Assembly: GCA_051294375.1 (NCBI GenBank) | Contig: CM119269.1 | Location: 17,718,265 to 17,782,264 of the forward strand | Reading direction: 5' to 3' | Length of the DNA stretch: 64,000 nt | From: Paraspadella gotoi | Lineage: Eukaryota > Animalia > Chaetognatha | Shown: piece by piece, positions 24,540 through 37,400 of the stretch | Numbering within the stretch: position 1 is the stretch's first letter | Layout: every line of letters begins with the position of its first letter | The notes under the pieces: model-generated | Told to the model about the DNA's origin: nothing | What the model saw: only the letters and a program-made list of their open reading frames with translations | Database searches by the model: none | Position numbers and translations under genes: made by a program

Positions 24540-27500
24540 TTAAAATTCTTTCAATGACTCCGCCGCTTCTGTAGTTAAAGGGCCTCCGCAACCGGGATGG
24601 TTATTTTTATGGCGAAAGATATCGATTTCATAATCTAATCCGAAGCCGCTTTCTATTACCGTTTCAAATCCTTCTCGGGCGTTTTCTTCCATGTGATTCT
24701 CTATAGTTTTTGGATCTTTATTTTCAAAGACATTGTATTCGACGTGGTCATTCCCTCCACTCCCCGATTCTATCCCTAGCACCCTCGCCCCGCAAGCGGC
24801 CTCGAAAACGTCTGCCGCCGTCACGTAATCCACTGCTACGGGATTCCTCTTTACTTGCTTCAACGCGGCCTTCAATTCCAAAAGCAGACGACCGACCCTC
24901 GGCCGCTTCGATGGCTCCATCGCCCAGCAGCGACGCAGCATGTAGTTGATTGATTTTGGGCAACTGTCGGGCGGCGTTAGCTGATTTCCCTCGCAAACGA
25001 GATTCAAAACCTTCAGTGGAGTTGGAGAATAACGAAAGAATTATCATCGGAAAATCTACAAACGTTTGCCAAGGGTGCTCACTTCCTCGTTGGTTCTCCA
25101 GTCCCATGGACGAGCCCCGTAGGCGAAGATCTCCCAGACCGTGACTCCGAAGCTCCAGACGTCGGAAGCTAATGAGAAGCGTCGATAAAGCAAACTCTCG
25201 GGCGGCATCCAGCGAACGGGCAGGAGGTCGTTGACTTGGATCTGGTCAATGGTGGAGATTGGTCAGAGGATGCTTAACTTGTCAAATGTCTTTAAGGCTT
25301 CGAAAATCACCTTGTAATAGTCACCGCTGTGAATGTTCCTGCTCATCCCAAAATCTCCGAGTTTCACGTTTTTCCTTGAATCAACGAGACAATTCCTAGT
25401 CGCGACGTCGCGGTGGATGAACTTACGATCCGCCAAGAAGCTTAACGCCTCCGCGATTTGGCAGCAGATGTCGATCAACTCTTGCGTCGTTATCCCCGAA
25501 GCGCCCGCGGCGCCGCAACTGTTGCCAGCTGTCGTTTTTGATTCCGAATCTTTCTTGTGCCCGGACTGTCGGGCGTCGTTGCGAGTGACGCATCCTAGAA
25601 GTAAAGGCGTGTCGACTCGTGAAGACTCAGAATCGCCGGAGATTTGGTATAGGCCTTTTGTAGAGTGACGCCTATTCGAGTATTTTGGAGTTTGGGGCAA
25701 AAGAAAGTTTACTATTCGCTAAAATAAACAAGAGAACTTATATTCTATATTATGTCTACTAACTATTTTTTAACTCTAAAGTTTTTATTTAAAAAACTTT
25801 ACATCTGATAACAAGCTTTCCCTTCACCTCAATAAATCTTTACCAAAGATCTGTCTCACCTCAAAAAACTTTTTAGGTCTCCTTGATCCATATATTCAAA
25901 GACCATTAAGAAGGGGTCCACGTCAGTACAGATTCCGTACAGCTGGACGATGTTGCCGTGATTGAAGTTCGACATCATTCGAGCCTCGCGCTCGAAACTA
26001 GACCTAAAAGTTTGAGACTATATGAATAAATTTAAAAATTACTGCTTGTATAAATTTTAGTCGATTTTTAATGTTAATAATTCCGGCAATCTTTTTTCGT
26101 TTCCCGTTGTAGAAAGTGATGTTTTCATTAATTATCCTGTCCTAAATCTTAATAATACGATGGCGGGTTGCCTGTGACGCCCATTGGGATGGCTGATGGC
26201 TTTGGGGGCTTCCGACCCTTAGTGAAGCCTCCTGTCACTGACGCGGTTACCCTAGGACGGTCTCGCTTTGCCAACGCAGAGGGAAGTCGTTAGGGCTTTG
26301 TTTGGAACGCCACGCTTGTGGTGGTGTGTTTCCCCTCTGAGCCAATGGGATTGGCTGAACGACGGTGGATCTGAGGCGGTCTGAATATACCGCCACATTA
26401 TCACACTAATTTACAAACTAATATACATTATACAATATAGATGTATAACAAATATGTAAAACAATAATCATGTAATCATCCTCACTGGACATTTTCGCCT
26501 TTGAGAGTCTTAACGGCGACGTAAACTTCTTCATCGTCGATGCCATTGGCGCTTTCCTCGTCGTCGCCTCTGTCCTTCGCGACGCCCCAGCGCCGCCAGT
26601 GCTCGGCAGAGACACGACCCAAGAAGACGACGCCGAACGCACCCTCTCCGAGATCGCGGACGTGGACGATATCGTCGCGGGGAACATAGCGAGTCTCTTG
26701 AGAGGGAGATCTTTTAATTACTATCTTGGAAAATGAATAAGTCGCCGAAACCTTTTCTAGTTTCTGTAACTTTTATAGCTTTTAATTTTTATATTAAAAA
26801 AAATTATATCTATATAAAAAGTAAGTTTTTTTAATTCAAATAAATTTATTTCAATATGAAGAGAAATATCAGAGTGAGGAATAAAAAAAAGGAGGTATAT
26901 GAAAACATAGTGTTTTGAAATAAATTTTTTTTATATTTAGTTTATTTTTTAGATAAGTAACTATTTATTAATAAATTATAATTTAATACCAAAGTCAAAT
27001 GATGCATAGATCAAACCCCCTGCAGGTTATATTAAATATAAGTATAATAATATAGTAAAAAAATGATTAATATATAATAAATAATTATTTTTTAAAAAAT
27101 TATTATAAAATTAAATAGGTTTGAATTTTTATTCATCTTTTCTTTCATTAGAACTTTATACCTATTGCATTTTGACGAACAATAGCTCATTTGAATTACA
27201 AAAAGATAAATTTTTAAATTGATATTAAAAAAGTTAAAAGTTGTGGCGACCTACACTGCGACACGTATTGGATAGCTGAAATTTACAAAGATATAAAAAT
27301 AAAAAACAAAGTTTTTTAAAAGATGAAGCAATTGGTCCAAGTTCTAATAAAATCAAGAAAAGCGATCAAAAGTTATAGGACGTCAAAATCGATTGGTATA
27401 AAAAAAAAGAATTTTTTTTTTAGTCATTAAAATTAATAACTTTTTTTATTATAAAACCAATTTAGTCTAAAATATCTGTAAGTACAGGTGTCAACCATTT

Positions 27501-28407
27501 TTTACCTAAATCAAATTAAAATAAGTAAGGAAACTATATAAAAAAATAATTTTTTATCATCAGTAAAAAAAAAAGGATCATCAACTTCACCTTCAAAAAT
27601 AATTTTTTCCAGATTACATTTTCAGACTTTAAAGTATTGCTGTATTCTACTGCCTGAACCAATTAATTTTTTTATTGCACCAATCGATAGCTTTTTAAAA
27701 AATCTATACTTTTTTAAAAACATTTTTCAAAATTTAAAAAAAAAATAGTAGGGGTATTGAAAACTAACAAGTGACTATTTTTTTTTAATTCATTTTCCAA
27801 GATGGTATACTTCTTCTTATTTCGCAAAATTAACTAAGTAATCAATATTGTCTCACCGAGTATGTCTACATTCCTCCGTCCTTCCGTGTGTCCGTATATT
27901 TCATTATGGACCATGACGAGCTTTTCAGGGTCTCGATATAGAACCCCCTCGCTGATGTACTGCGACGCCGTCTTCAGCGCCGTCGAACGTCTGGTCGGAG
28001 TTCCTGTCGATGACGAAGTAAACTTGTGATTTCAATATCGAAATAGGAACTTTTTTTTCCTTATCTGCTTAGTACGTATTTCATACATATAGTAGTACAG
28101 GAGGCACCCTTTTCACCTTTGGTTGGTATTTTGTTTGATTAAACAATTTAACAAAATTGTAAATTTTTCGCTCGTGTCAAGACTGAAATCCGATAATAGA
28201 AAATGGATTGTCGGAAGGAATCGGACCGACGGGTCTTCGTCTTCGTTGTCCTTTAACGTCATCGATTCGCTCGATTTTCTTTCAAGTAACGCGATTCGTT
28301 TTCCGATGTCACCTTCCCTTCCTTCCCTTTCTTCTTCATCTCTTATGTACCATCAGATGGCTTCTTAATCTTCTTAAACTTTGTACTTTTGTCTGTCTGT
28401 CTGTCAG

Positions 28408-28499
<92 letters not shown>

Positions 28500-29171
28500 T
28501 TTTTCTTTCTTTCTAACTTTCCTTCTTTTTTTCTTTCTTTCTTTCTTCTACCTTCTGCTTCATTTTGACGCCGCTTTAATCTCCGGCGCCTTACGACGTC
28601 CACGCCGACGGAAACGACGCCAGCGACTATGATAACGACGATGACAACGATGACTACATCTTGCAGCAGGAGGCGTCTCCACTCGGCCACATCGCGGTGG
28701 TATGGCTGAGACGGGGGCGTGGCGTTAGCCTGAAACGGAAGTGGCGGAGAGAGTACTTCATAAAACTTAAAATTTTACTTTGGAGACAGATGTTTTCTGT
28801 TCCGAACTTCTTTACAAAATATCTTTTGGTATCTCTCTTCCCCTCAAAAGAGCGCCTATTTTTCTCGGCATCCGCTTTCTACTTTTACTGCATCTCCATT
28901 TCCCAGCAATCTCTTTTCCTGGCAAATTACCTTCTTCTCCTTTACTTTTTTTTGGGGTATCTTCCTATCGTGCCAATTCGCCATGTTTTTATTCAACCTT
29001 CCTTTCTGCAACCTCCTCTCTTTTTCTACATCTCCCTTACTCTGCACCTCTCTTTCTCTCTTTATCGCCGCGTCTCATAATCTTTCCCTATGACTTCAGC
29101 GGGAGATCGGTAAACGGTTTGTGTTGGTCTCTCTTGTGACGGCGAATCGTGCTGACTGAACATTATAAACA

Positions 29172-29238
<67 letters not shown>

Positions 29239-32030
29239 CGCTCCTCTTTAATTTTGACTTTACAAGGAAAATTAAGGATTGACGGTTTCTCGTCTCTTAA
29301 CCACATTCCAATTTAAACCACTTCGTTTCAAGGTTGTTGTTGTTTAAAATATGTTTTTGATTTTTTTGGGCCAGACGCCGACTATTTGTTCATCGTATTG
29401 TATCGTTTCTCTCATGACCACTTTAAAATACTGGAATATAAAAGTATAAATTAATTGAACCATGATCAAATATTCAAAATATCATTTGAATAAATACTGG
29501 TTCTTAAAGTTGAAATACGTTAATGCTACATACTGTATCCAGGAAATATAATATAGCAACGTATTCGCTTCTCCAGCATCATGCAAACGCATTTAACTTT
29601 CAGAAATGACGTAATTGTATAATGTAAATAAACTTTACAATTAAAGGGGTCGCATCATTGACCAATATTCCTACCAATCAGTTGACCACCCTCTACTCAA
29701 ATCCCTTATAAAGTCACGGTTAGATAAACATTATTAACACAACACCAAACTCGATTGGCGATGATGAACCGTCCCGGGGAATGTGCTGGGTTCAATTTGA
29801 TCTAGGTTTCCTCGATCTCAGCCAATCAGATCCACGCGTCCGCGTGATTCCCAGCCAATCAAAAAGCTTCGTTTTAAAATGTTCAACCAGAGAAAACTTG
29901 GATATGGATTTCGGTGAAGATCGACGAAAAACTAACGATCGGTCGACAACTCGATGTACAGCTGAGAAAAAGTCTGGTGGAAATTATTCAGTTCATTCTA
30001 CGAAATTAGTGGAAGTGAAATTATACCGTTGCTCTGCGAATCAAAGTCAGAGAGATGAAGTACTTTTGTAAGCCCGAGTGTTTCAATCTGTTTTAATTCG
30101 AAAGAGAGAGAGAGAAAGAGAGAGAGAGTGGCTCGATTATCACGCCACACGATCGCTGTATCGAACTTTGACTTTTTCTTCGCTGCGGAGTAAGGCGCGA
30201 ATCTTTGAATGTTCACCGAAATTCACTGGCCTCACTCGAAAATCAGTTCCAGCTCAAAATCCTTCTCTCTCTCTCTCTCTCGCCCATCGGTATCATCGCG
30301 ATCTTTGGATCTGTGAATCGCGATAAGGATCGAGAAAACGAATTTCTTTTTATTTCCACGTCCGCGACTTTCCTTTTTTTTCCCTATACGATCTCCTTCG
30401 CTCGTTCGATCCACTTCTCTCCCATTTTTTTTTCGCCGCTCGCATCAGGTGAGTCGTGAGTACAAGTATTGTTTTGTTTATGTCGTGCTATTCCTGTCGT
30501 CTACTGTGTTTGGCTTAAATGGCCTTAATGTGGCGATTATTTTTTCGTTTTCGTGATTAGTTTTCCCTGGTTTCCGTTATGTCCGTATGGAGAATTTGAT
30601 AGATTAGATTTCATATTGGAATTGCTTAATGAATTGATTATACATAACAAAATAAGTAACAAAATGATAGAAGCCGGCGAATCATGACCAGATCTGAATA
30701 AGAATTCGATGAACAAATTTTAATAGCCCGAATTAGTGAATGAAAAGTCTGATGCTGTCAGTGGCGCAGAAGGGTTAGCCGAAAGGAAATCCGAAACCCA
30801 TAAATAGTCGGCCGACGTAAAGTCAAAGGGAAGAGCGTTGAATCAGAGAAAGAGAGAGCAAAAAAAGAAAGAAAGAAAGAACCAAAGAAAGAGAGTAAGT
30901 ACGAATAATAAGCAAGAGAGAAAGAAAGAAACAAAAAAAAGAAGAAGAAAACCACAAGAAAAAATGAAAGGAATCCCCACCACGTCTCCCCAGTCCCCAC
31001 AGACGTCCACAATGGGCGTGGTCGGGGTCGTCGTGGGTTTCTTCGTCGCCTGGCTCGAAGTCCTCCTTCCCCTCATTCTCGGCTTCATTCTCATCGTCGT
31101 CATCGTCAACCGGTTGACGCGTCCGCCGCCCGTCACTCACGTCATTGATTACAACAACGTCTCGTTGCCGACGGGCGACGGGGATCTGTCCAGGTGGGCG
31201 ATGGCCGAGGGAAAAAGGGGTTCGTGGCTGCCATTTTGGGAGTGTCAGGGGGACCGCAGGTTTTACTGGGAGAACTAATTGTCTTGGGGATGAAGAGTTA
31301 GAATGATTTTAATTTTTTTAAATTTTAGAATGTGAATTGCGAAATATTATATTTCACGCCAGCGAATCTACCGTTTAACATGAAATAACTTTACTAAAAA
31401 TGTATAGACCATTCTTGAGTGTATTGTAACGTAATGGGAGGTTTCTCGGCTTGTTCCCACAATGTGTCTGCTTCTCGATTGTCACTTTATTTAGCACGAC
31501 TGATCAGTTATAATCGAACATGTCTTGTCCTTTATGATTCATTATTTTCATTTTTCTGGGGTAAAATGGTTTCGGTTTTATGTTTTGGTAATTTTTTTTA
31601 AAAGTAATTAGCGAAATGTCCGACCACTCAACCACCGTCGGTTTACAGGAGTGGTTAAAAACCGCGCAAAAAATCGATCAAAGTTCGTTTAAAACTTAAA
31701 TCTTACTTATGTCTTTTTAACTGTTATAATTCGGAAGCCAAATTAATCATTTCTCCAACTGAAGGTGAAGTGGGGTCCCTCGATACCCGGAGAGACGAAA
31801 AGATAAAAAAGAAAAGAGTTTTCGAGACAATTTTTTTTTTTTTTATTTGGACGAGAGTGACTGTAAAACGCTTCTCTGCCCGATGGCTGCCTGAATGTCT
31901 GTTTGGCTGACTAGCTCTTTAGATGTCTGTCTGTCAGTCCCTCCTTTTTAAAATAGGAAGAGAAAAAAAAAGAAAAAAGAAATTAAGAAAGAATGAATGA
32001 AAGAAAGAAAGAAAGAAGAGAAGAAAGAAA

Positions 32031-32063
<33 letters not shown>

Positions 32064-34384
32064 AAAGAAAGAAAGAAGGAAAGAAAGAAATACAATAAAT
32101 AAATAAATGATATAGTGTATATATAAGGCAATTTATGAAAGAAAGGATAAAATTATAAATGATTCGATGTCAAAAATGACACATAAAATTGAAGAATGAA
32201 TACATTCATTGGAAGTAACAGAGCTTCTTTATATCGTGAACCGTTTTTACGATCATTAGATTTTACTGTGATATCGCGTGAAATCGACACTAGAGGATTT
32301 TTCGAAATAGATTAAATGTGAGTACATCGACCATAAACACAGAGAGATTAGAGAGGAGAGATGAGAGAAAGAGAGAGAGAAGACAATAGACAATGGACAA
32401 TATTAATTACTTGCGGCTTTAGGCACCTTGAGGGCCTTTAAAAGCTACCTATTTCTCAAGAATATTTACAAATTGTAATTGACTTTGAAACAAAAGTGCA
32501 TCGCACTTCTAACTACACTCGGTTGAACAAACTTCATGAAACCTCTCTAATTGACAATGAACACAGATTCGCTCCTTTCCTAGTATTTCCCATCCCAGAA
32601 GTAGTTCTATCGGAGATATATTGGTTGGAATACGATTAAAGAAATTCGATCAATAATGTCATCAAAACAAATTATTAAAACGAATTATCCGAGATAGCAT
32701 TCTGTAGAAAAGTCCGCGTACATATTGCTGTAAGGGAATCATGTCTGCTGCATCTAATAAAATATCAGTAGGGGTATGGAGGTGAAATTTTGAAAAGTTC
32801 TTATGGCAAATACTGAAGCTTGTCAAAATTTTCCCAATGACATCTTGCAGCTGAAGCAAAACATGGTGATGAATACATAAATAATGAGACAACAAGACTA
32901 GAGAATAATTGGTAAAACAAGACGGTAGTTATCATTTGGTACAAATCTAGACAGGCGATTGATTGCTAAAATTTTTGATCTTGCTTTAGTAAATAGATCA
33001 TTTAAATGTAGAGTCCATGTTAATTTTTTATCTAAGTTACATCCATAAAAATTTAACTGTTTGACAAACAGGTATTTTACTACCAAAAAGAAATAGTTCT
33101 ATAGCATAATCATTATAAATATGAGTGCGAGTTAAAAGTAAGAGTTTGACTTATCGGGTAAAAGTTCTAAAAACCACTTTTTGCACCATCCTTCTAAACG
33201 ATTTAAAGTTTTTTGGAGACAAGTTACAGCCTAGCGGGATCCTTTGAGGTAGCCCAGACGGATGAATCATCTGCATATTGTGAGGCATTTTCCAAAACAT
33301 CTGTGCTGTTCCATCGCTGGAGTTGTTGTAGACTTGGTTTGGATTTTCTGTTTCGATTAGTGGAAGATCTTCTACATAGAAAGTAAAGATTTCTGGACTT
33401 AAGACGGCACCTTGTGGGGAGCCACAAATGATTTTTATGGTACGTGAAGTTTCACCTTTACTTATAACACAAAATGTTCGATCACTGATGAATGATACTA
33501 TTATTCGTAACATTTCCTTTGGAATTCCTGATTTTATTAATTTGTATTTTAGACCATCAAGCCAAATTGAGTCAAAAGCTTTTGCATAGTCGAGAGTCAC
33601 CAAAATTGTCACTCCTCTGATTTTAAATCCAAGATGAGCATCTTCTACAAGTCGTACTATGTTTTCTGGGGCAGATCGTCCTTTTTTGTAGCCTGATTGC
33701 AAATTATTCCGTTTACCTCTTAGTTCTAGCATAGATATTAAACCTGGAAGAATTATTCTTTCAAAGAGTTTCCAAGAACTGATAGTAAACTAATTGGCCT
33801 ATAGTTTCTGGATGATGTCCGCGTCTCGTCCTGGTTTTGCAATCATTCTGATGTGAGCGAGTTTCCATGATTTGGGAAAGTAGCCAATGTTTAGGCAGGC
33901 ACGGTATATGGCTAACAAGTGTTCAAGACCTTCTTTTGGCAGGTTTTTCAACATGCCATGAGTAATTCCATCTGGTCCTGCAGCTGATTTTGTTTTTAGA
34001 GATTTGATAAGTTCAACTAAATTTTTCATATTAAGATTTGATTTCATGTATTCTTTAAATTCTTCATTTGTGTGTTCTATTAAACCAGTATGGAATAAAG
34101 CTTCATTTTGTTTGACAAAACTTTCAACATGATTCGCCCACTCAATTCCATATTGTTGGACTGGACTGGTTCCAAGAATACCTTCCAATCTATCTGCAAA
34201 AATATTGAGATTGGCGGCATTGTCTTCAGCTTGAGTGCCGTCAGCTCGATAGACTAGTGCATCTGGTGGGGATGATGGCTTATAGTTTGTCATTCATTGA
34301 TTAATTTCCATTTTTTTGCGGAGTCTTTTTCTCTAGAATTTTTTTAACCTCTTTTTCATAGTAAGAATTTAAATCCTTTTTGTT

Positions 34385-34436
<52 letters not shown>

Positions 34437-37400
34437 TCTGATCAACTCTCTCTTTATCGATCCCAGAATAAGCGCTTTCTGCAAAGACGGCAAGCTCTTG
34501 GGTCTGCCTGCCTTTGATCATTGCTGGAACCTCCACCACTGTCTTCAAAGGGGATTTCGGGTCTCCGCCAATGGACCCTGTCTCGGTTACAGGTATTGGC
34601 CTTAACTTTACTGTATTATAATTTATTATTATAATCTTTAAGACATCTGAGATTTGGCGACCTGCATTATATATTTGCCCGCCCCCCCCTTTTATTGCCA
34701 GACCCGCCCCAAAAGCTCCCTATGTTTGGATCTCATACGGAAAGGTCGTGGAGAGGGCGACCAACTTCGGGGCGGGCCTCACGGCCTTGGGGATCGGCTG
34801 CGACGAGAAGACCACAGTGGGCATCAATGCAGGTGAGGAAGAAAGGGAAGGATAAGGAGAGAGGGGGTTAGGCTAAGGGTTAGGGCTAAAGCGGGGAAAG
34901 TAGAAAAGATCAAGAAAAAATAAAAAAGAGGAAAAAGAAAAATATAAAAGAAAGGAAAAAGAAAAAAAAGGACAGAGAGAAACTAACATTTAAAGGTTCT
35001 CCATCGATAGAAAACAGAATAAATGAAAAAGTAAGGAAGTTTTGATCAATCTCTGAGGGAACCGCGTGGAATGGATCATCGGAGAGCACGGGTGTTGGCG
35101 ATTCAGTCGCGTCGTCGTTCCGCTCTACGACACGCTCGGCCCCAACGCCTGCTCATACATCATCCGTCACGCCAACATCTCCACCGTCATTTGCGACACA
35201 GTTGCTAAAGGGTTGGAGATTCTCAAAGTGAGAGGCAGCTTTTAACTGAAGACGTAATGAAGTATAAATATTAAATTTTAAAAATAAAAAGCGATTTAAA
35301 CAATCTTTCGCCACCAACCACAGTTTAAAAATTTTCGATTTTATTACATATGTTTAGTAAACATTGTTTACTCATAAAAAAATTTCTTAGGGTATCAACG
35401 ATAACAAGCTTGATTTCTTCAAACACCTGATCGTTATGGACGGTCCTATCTCAGCGGAACTCAGAGCAAAGGCGGCGGAGGCCGGAGGACAGGTTTGTTT
35501 CTTTATTTCTTTATTTCTTTCTTTCTTTCTTTCTTTGTTTCTTTCTTTCTTTTTTTCTTTCTTTCTTTCTTTCTTTTTTATTTCTTTGTTTCTTTCTTTC
35601 TTTTTTCTTTCTTTCTTTCTTTCTTTCTTTCTTTATTTCTTTTTTTCTTTCTTTCTTTATTTCTTTTTTTCTTTCTTTCTTTATCACTTTTTTTCTCCGT
35701 TCTTTTTTCTTTTTACGAAATCAACCAGATGTCGCTTTTGACCTTTAAACGATCGCTGTAACTTCTGCACTTTGAGCCAGTGACGGAAACGGAAGAGTTG
35801 ACTCGAAAGTGTTGACAGTTGAATGTTGAGGGTTCGCCGCCTTGATGTTTAATGTTGAGGGTTCGCCGCCTTGATGTTTAATGTTGAGGGTTCGCCGCCT
35901 TGATGTTTAATGTTGAGGGTTCGCCGCCTTGATGTTTTATTTTAAAACTTTTTTTTTTTGGGGGTAACGCGAGTTCGATGATTTCATCTTTTAATTAGTA
36001 CACAGATGTCGGCAATTCATCTTTTTCTGGCTAAAATAAAAATATAAAATTCGTTAAATTAACAATGAAGACTCTTACTTTACTCTCATCTTCATTCTTC
36101 AGTGTGACGGTCATTGGCCACTGAACAATGACCATTGACCAGTTTAGTTAGTAGTTCCTCAGTCTCAATTATCCCCTGATCAATTCTTATAATCCTCAAG
36201 CAAGTTAACTTCATCCCCGACAACCCAACCAGGTACTCCTCTTCGCCGACGTGGAGCAACTCGGGGTGGAGTCGCCGCTTCCAGCGGTGGAGCCGTCCTC
36301 GGATAACCTGGCATTCGTCATGTACACCAGTGGAACGACGGGCGACCCTAAGGTTCGTTCATGAAAAGTGAACATCGGATTAACTAAGGTTCTTGTATTT
36401 AAGGTTACTGTAATATATATATTATGTAGATGTATATGTATATTAATTTCTTGTCAGTCACCCTGTCTTTCTTTCTATCTTCCTCCCACTCCCACACCAC
36501 TCAGGGCGCCATGATCACCCACGGCCAGTTCCTCTGCATGCTCAACGCCGTCTTCTCCAGCATCGTGGACGTTCTGAAGCCGACGCCGGAAGACTCCATC
36601 ATTTCCTACCTGCCGCTGGCCCACGGGTACGAGCAAGGGGTGTCCAACGCCCTCTTGGCTCTCGGCCTTCGCATCGGCTTCTTTTCCGGCGACATCCGGA
36701 CTTTGACGGACGACATCATGGCGCTGAAGCCGACGATGTTCCCGACGGTGCCGAGAGTACTCAACAGGATCTACGACGGAGTCATGAAAAAGGCTTCCAC
36801 GGGGAATCCGATGATGAAGGTGAGGTTGAGAGAAGGGTGATTGGCATCGGTGATAAGGAGGGTAATGTTTGCTTGGTTCAATTCTCTTTGTTTATCGTTT
36901 ACTTCCAAGGACAAAAAACGGGATGAATAATGTATGTTATGGGTTAATGAATGAAGATGAATTTCGAAACAAAGTCTTGGGGAGCAATACTCTAAAACTG
37001 TTAATATCAGTTTCTCTTTCTAAGGCCATTTCATTTGATTTTTTGTTTTCCATCGGGCAAATTTGATTTTTACTTAGTCTTAATTATAAATTAATAAAGT
37101 TATTTTCTCATTAATAAAGCTATTGTTATAAAGCTATTCTTACTCTGAAACTTGTGTCGCCCACTCTATTTTCTTAACTAATCATTCCTACAATCCAGAT
37201 CATACTCGATTGGGCCATCCAGCGCAAATACCGCGAAGTCCGCAAGGGCATCGCGCGATCGACCTCTTTCTGGGACTACGTGGCCTTCCGCCCGATTCAG
37301 CGCGCCCTAGGTGGCCGCGTCCGTGCCGTCCTCACGGGCAGCGCGCCGCTCGATCCCAAGGTCATGCAGTTTATCCGCTGCGCCACGGGGGCCTACGTCA

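Noticed and set aside
26161-26397. RNase P, 7SK, telomerase RNA or HDV ribozyme reading of the structured island
   Set aside because: Only short word matches (cctgtcact, ccctaac); the required conserved boxes or nested pseudoknot could not be built, whereas the twister fold fits on the minus strand.
28208-28632. ORFs rich in FLSF, ERER or SLSL here and throughout the window
   Set aside because: Translations of (TTTC)n and (GA)n microsatellites.
35822-35937. 29-bp repeat resembling a CRISPR repeat in length
   Set aside because: The units are contiguous with no spacers, there are no cas genes, and it lies in a eukaryotic intron; it is a minisatellite.
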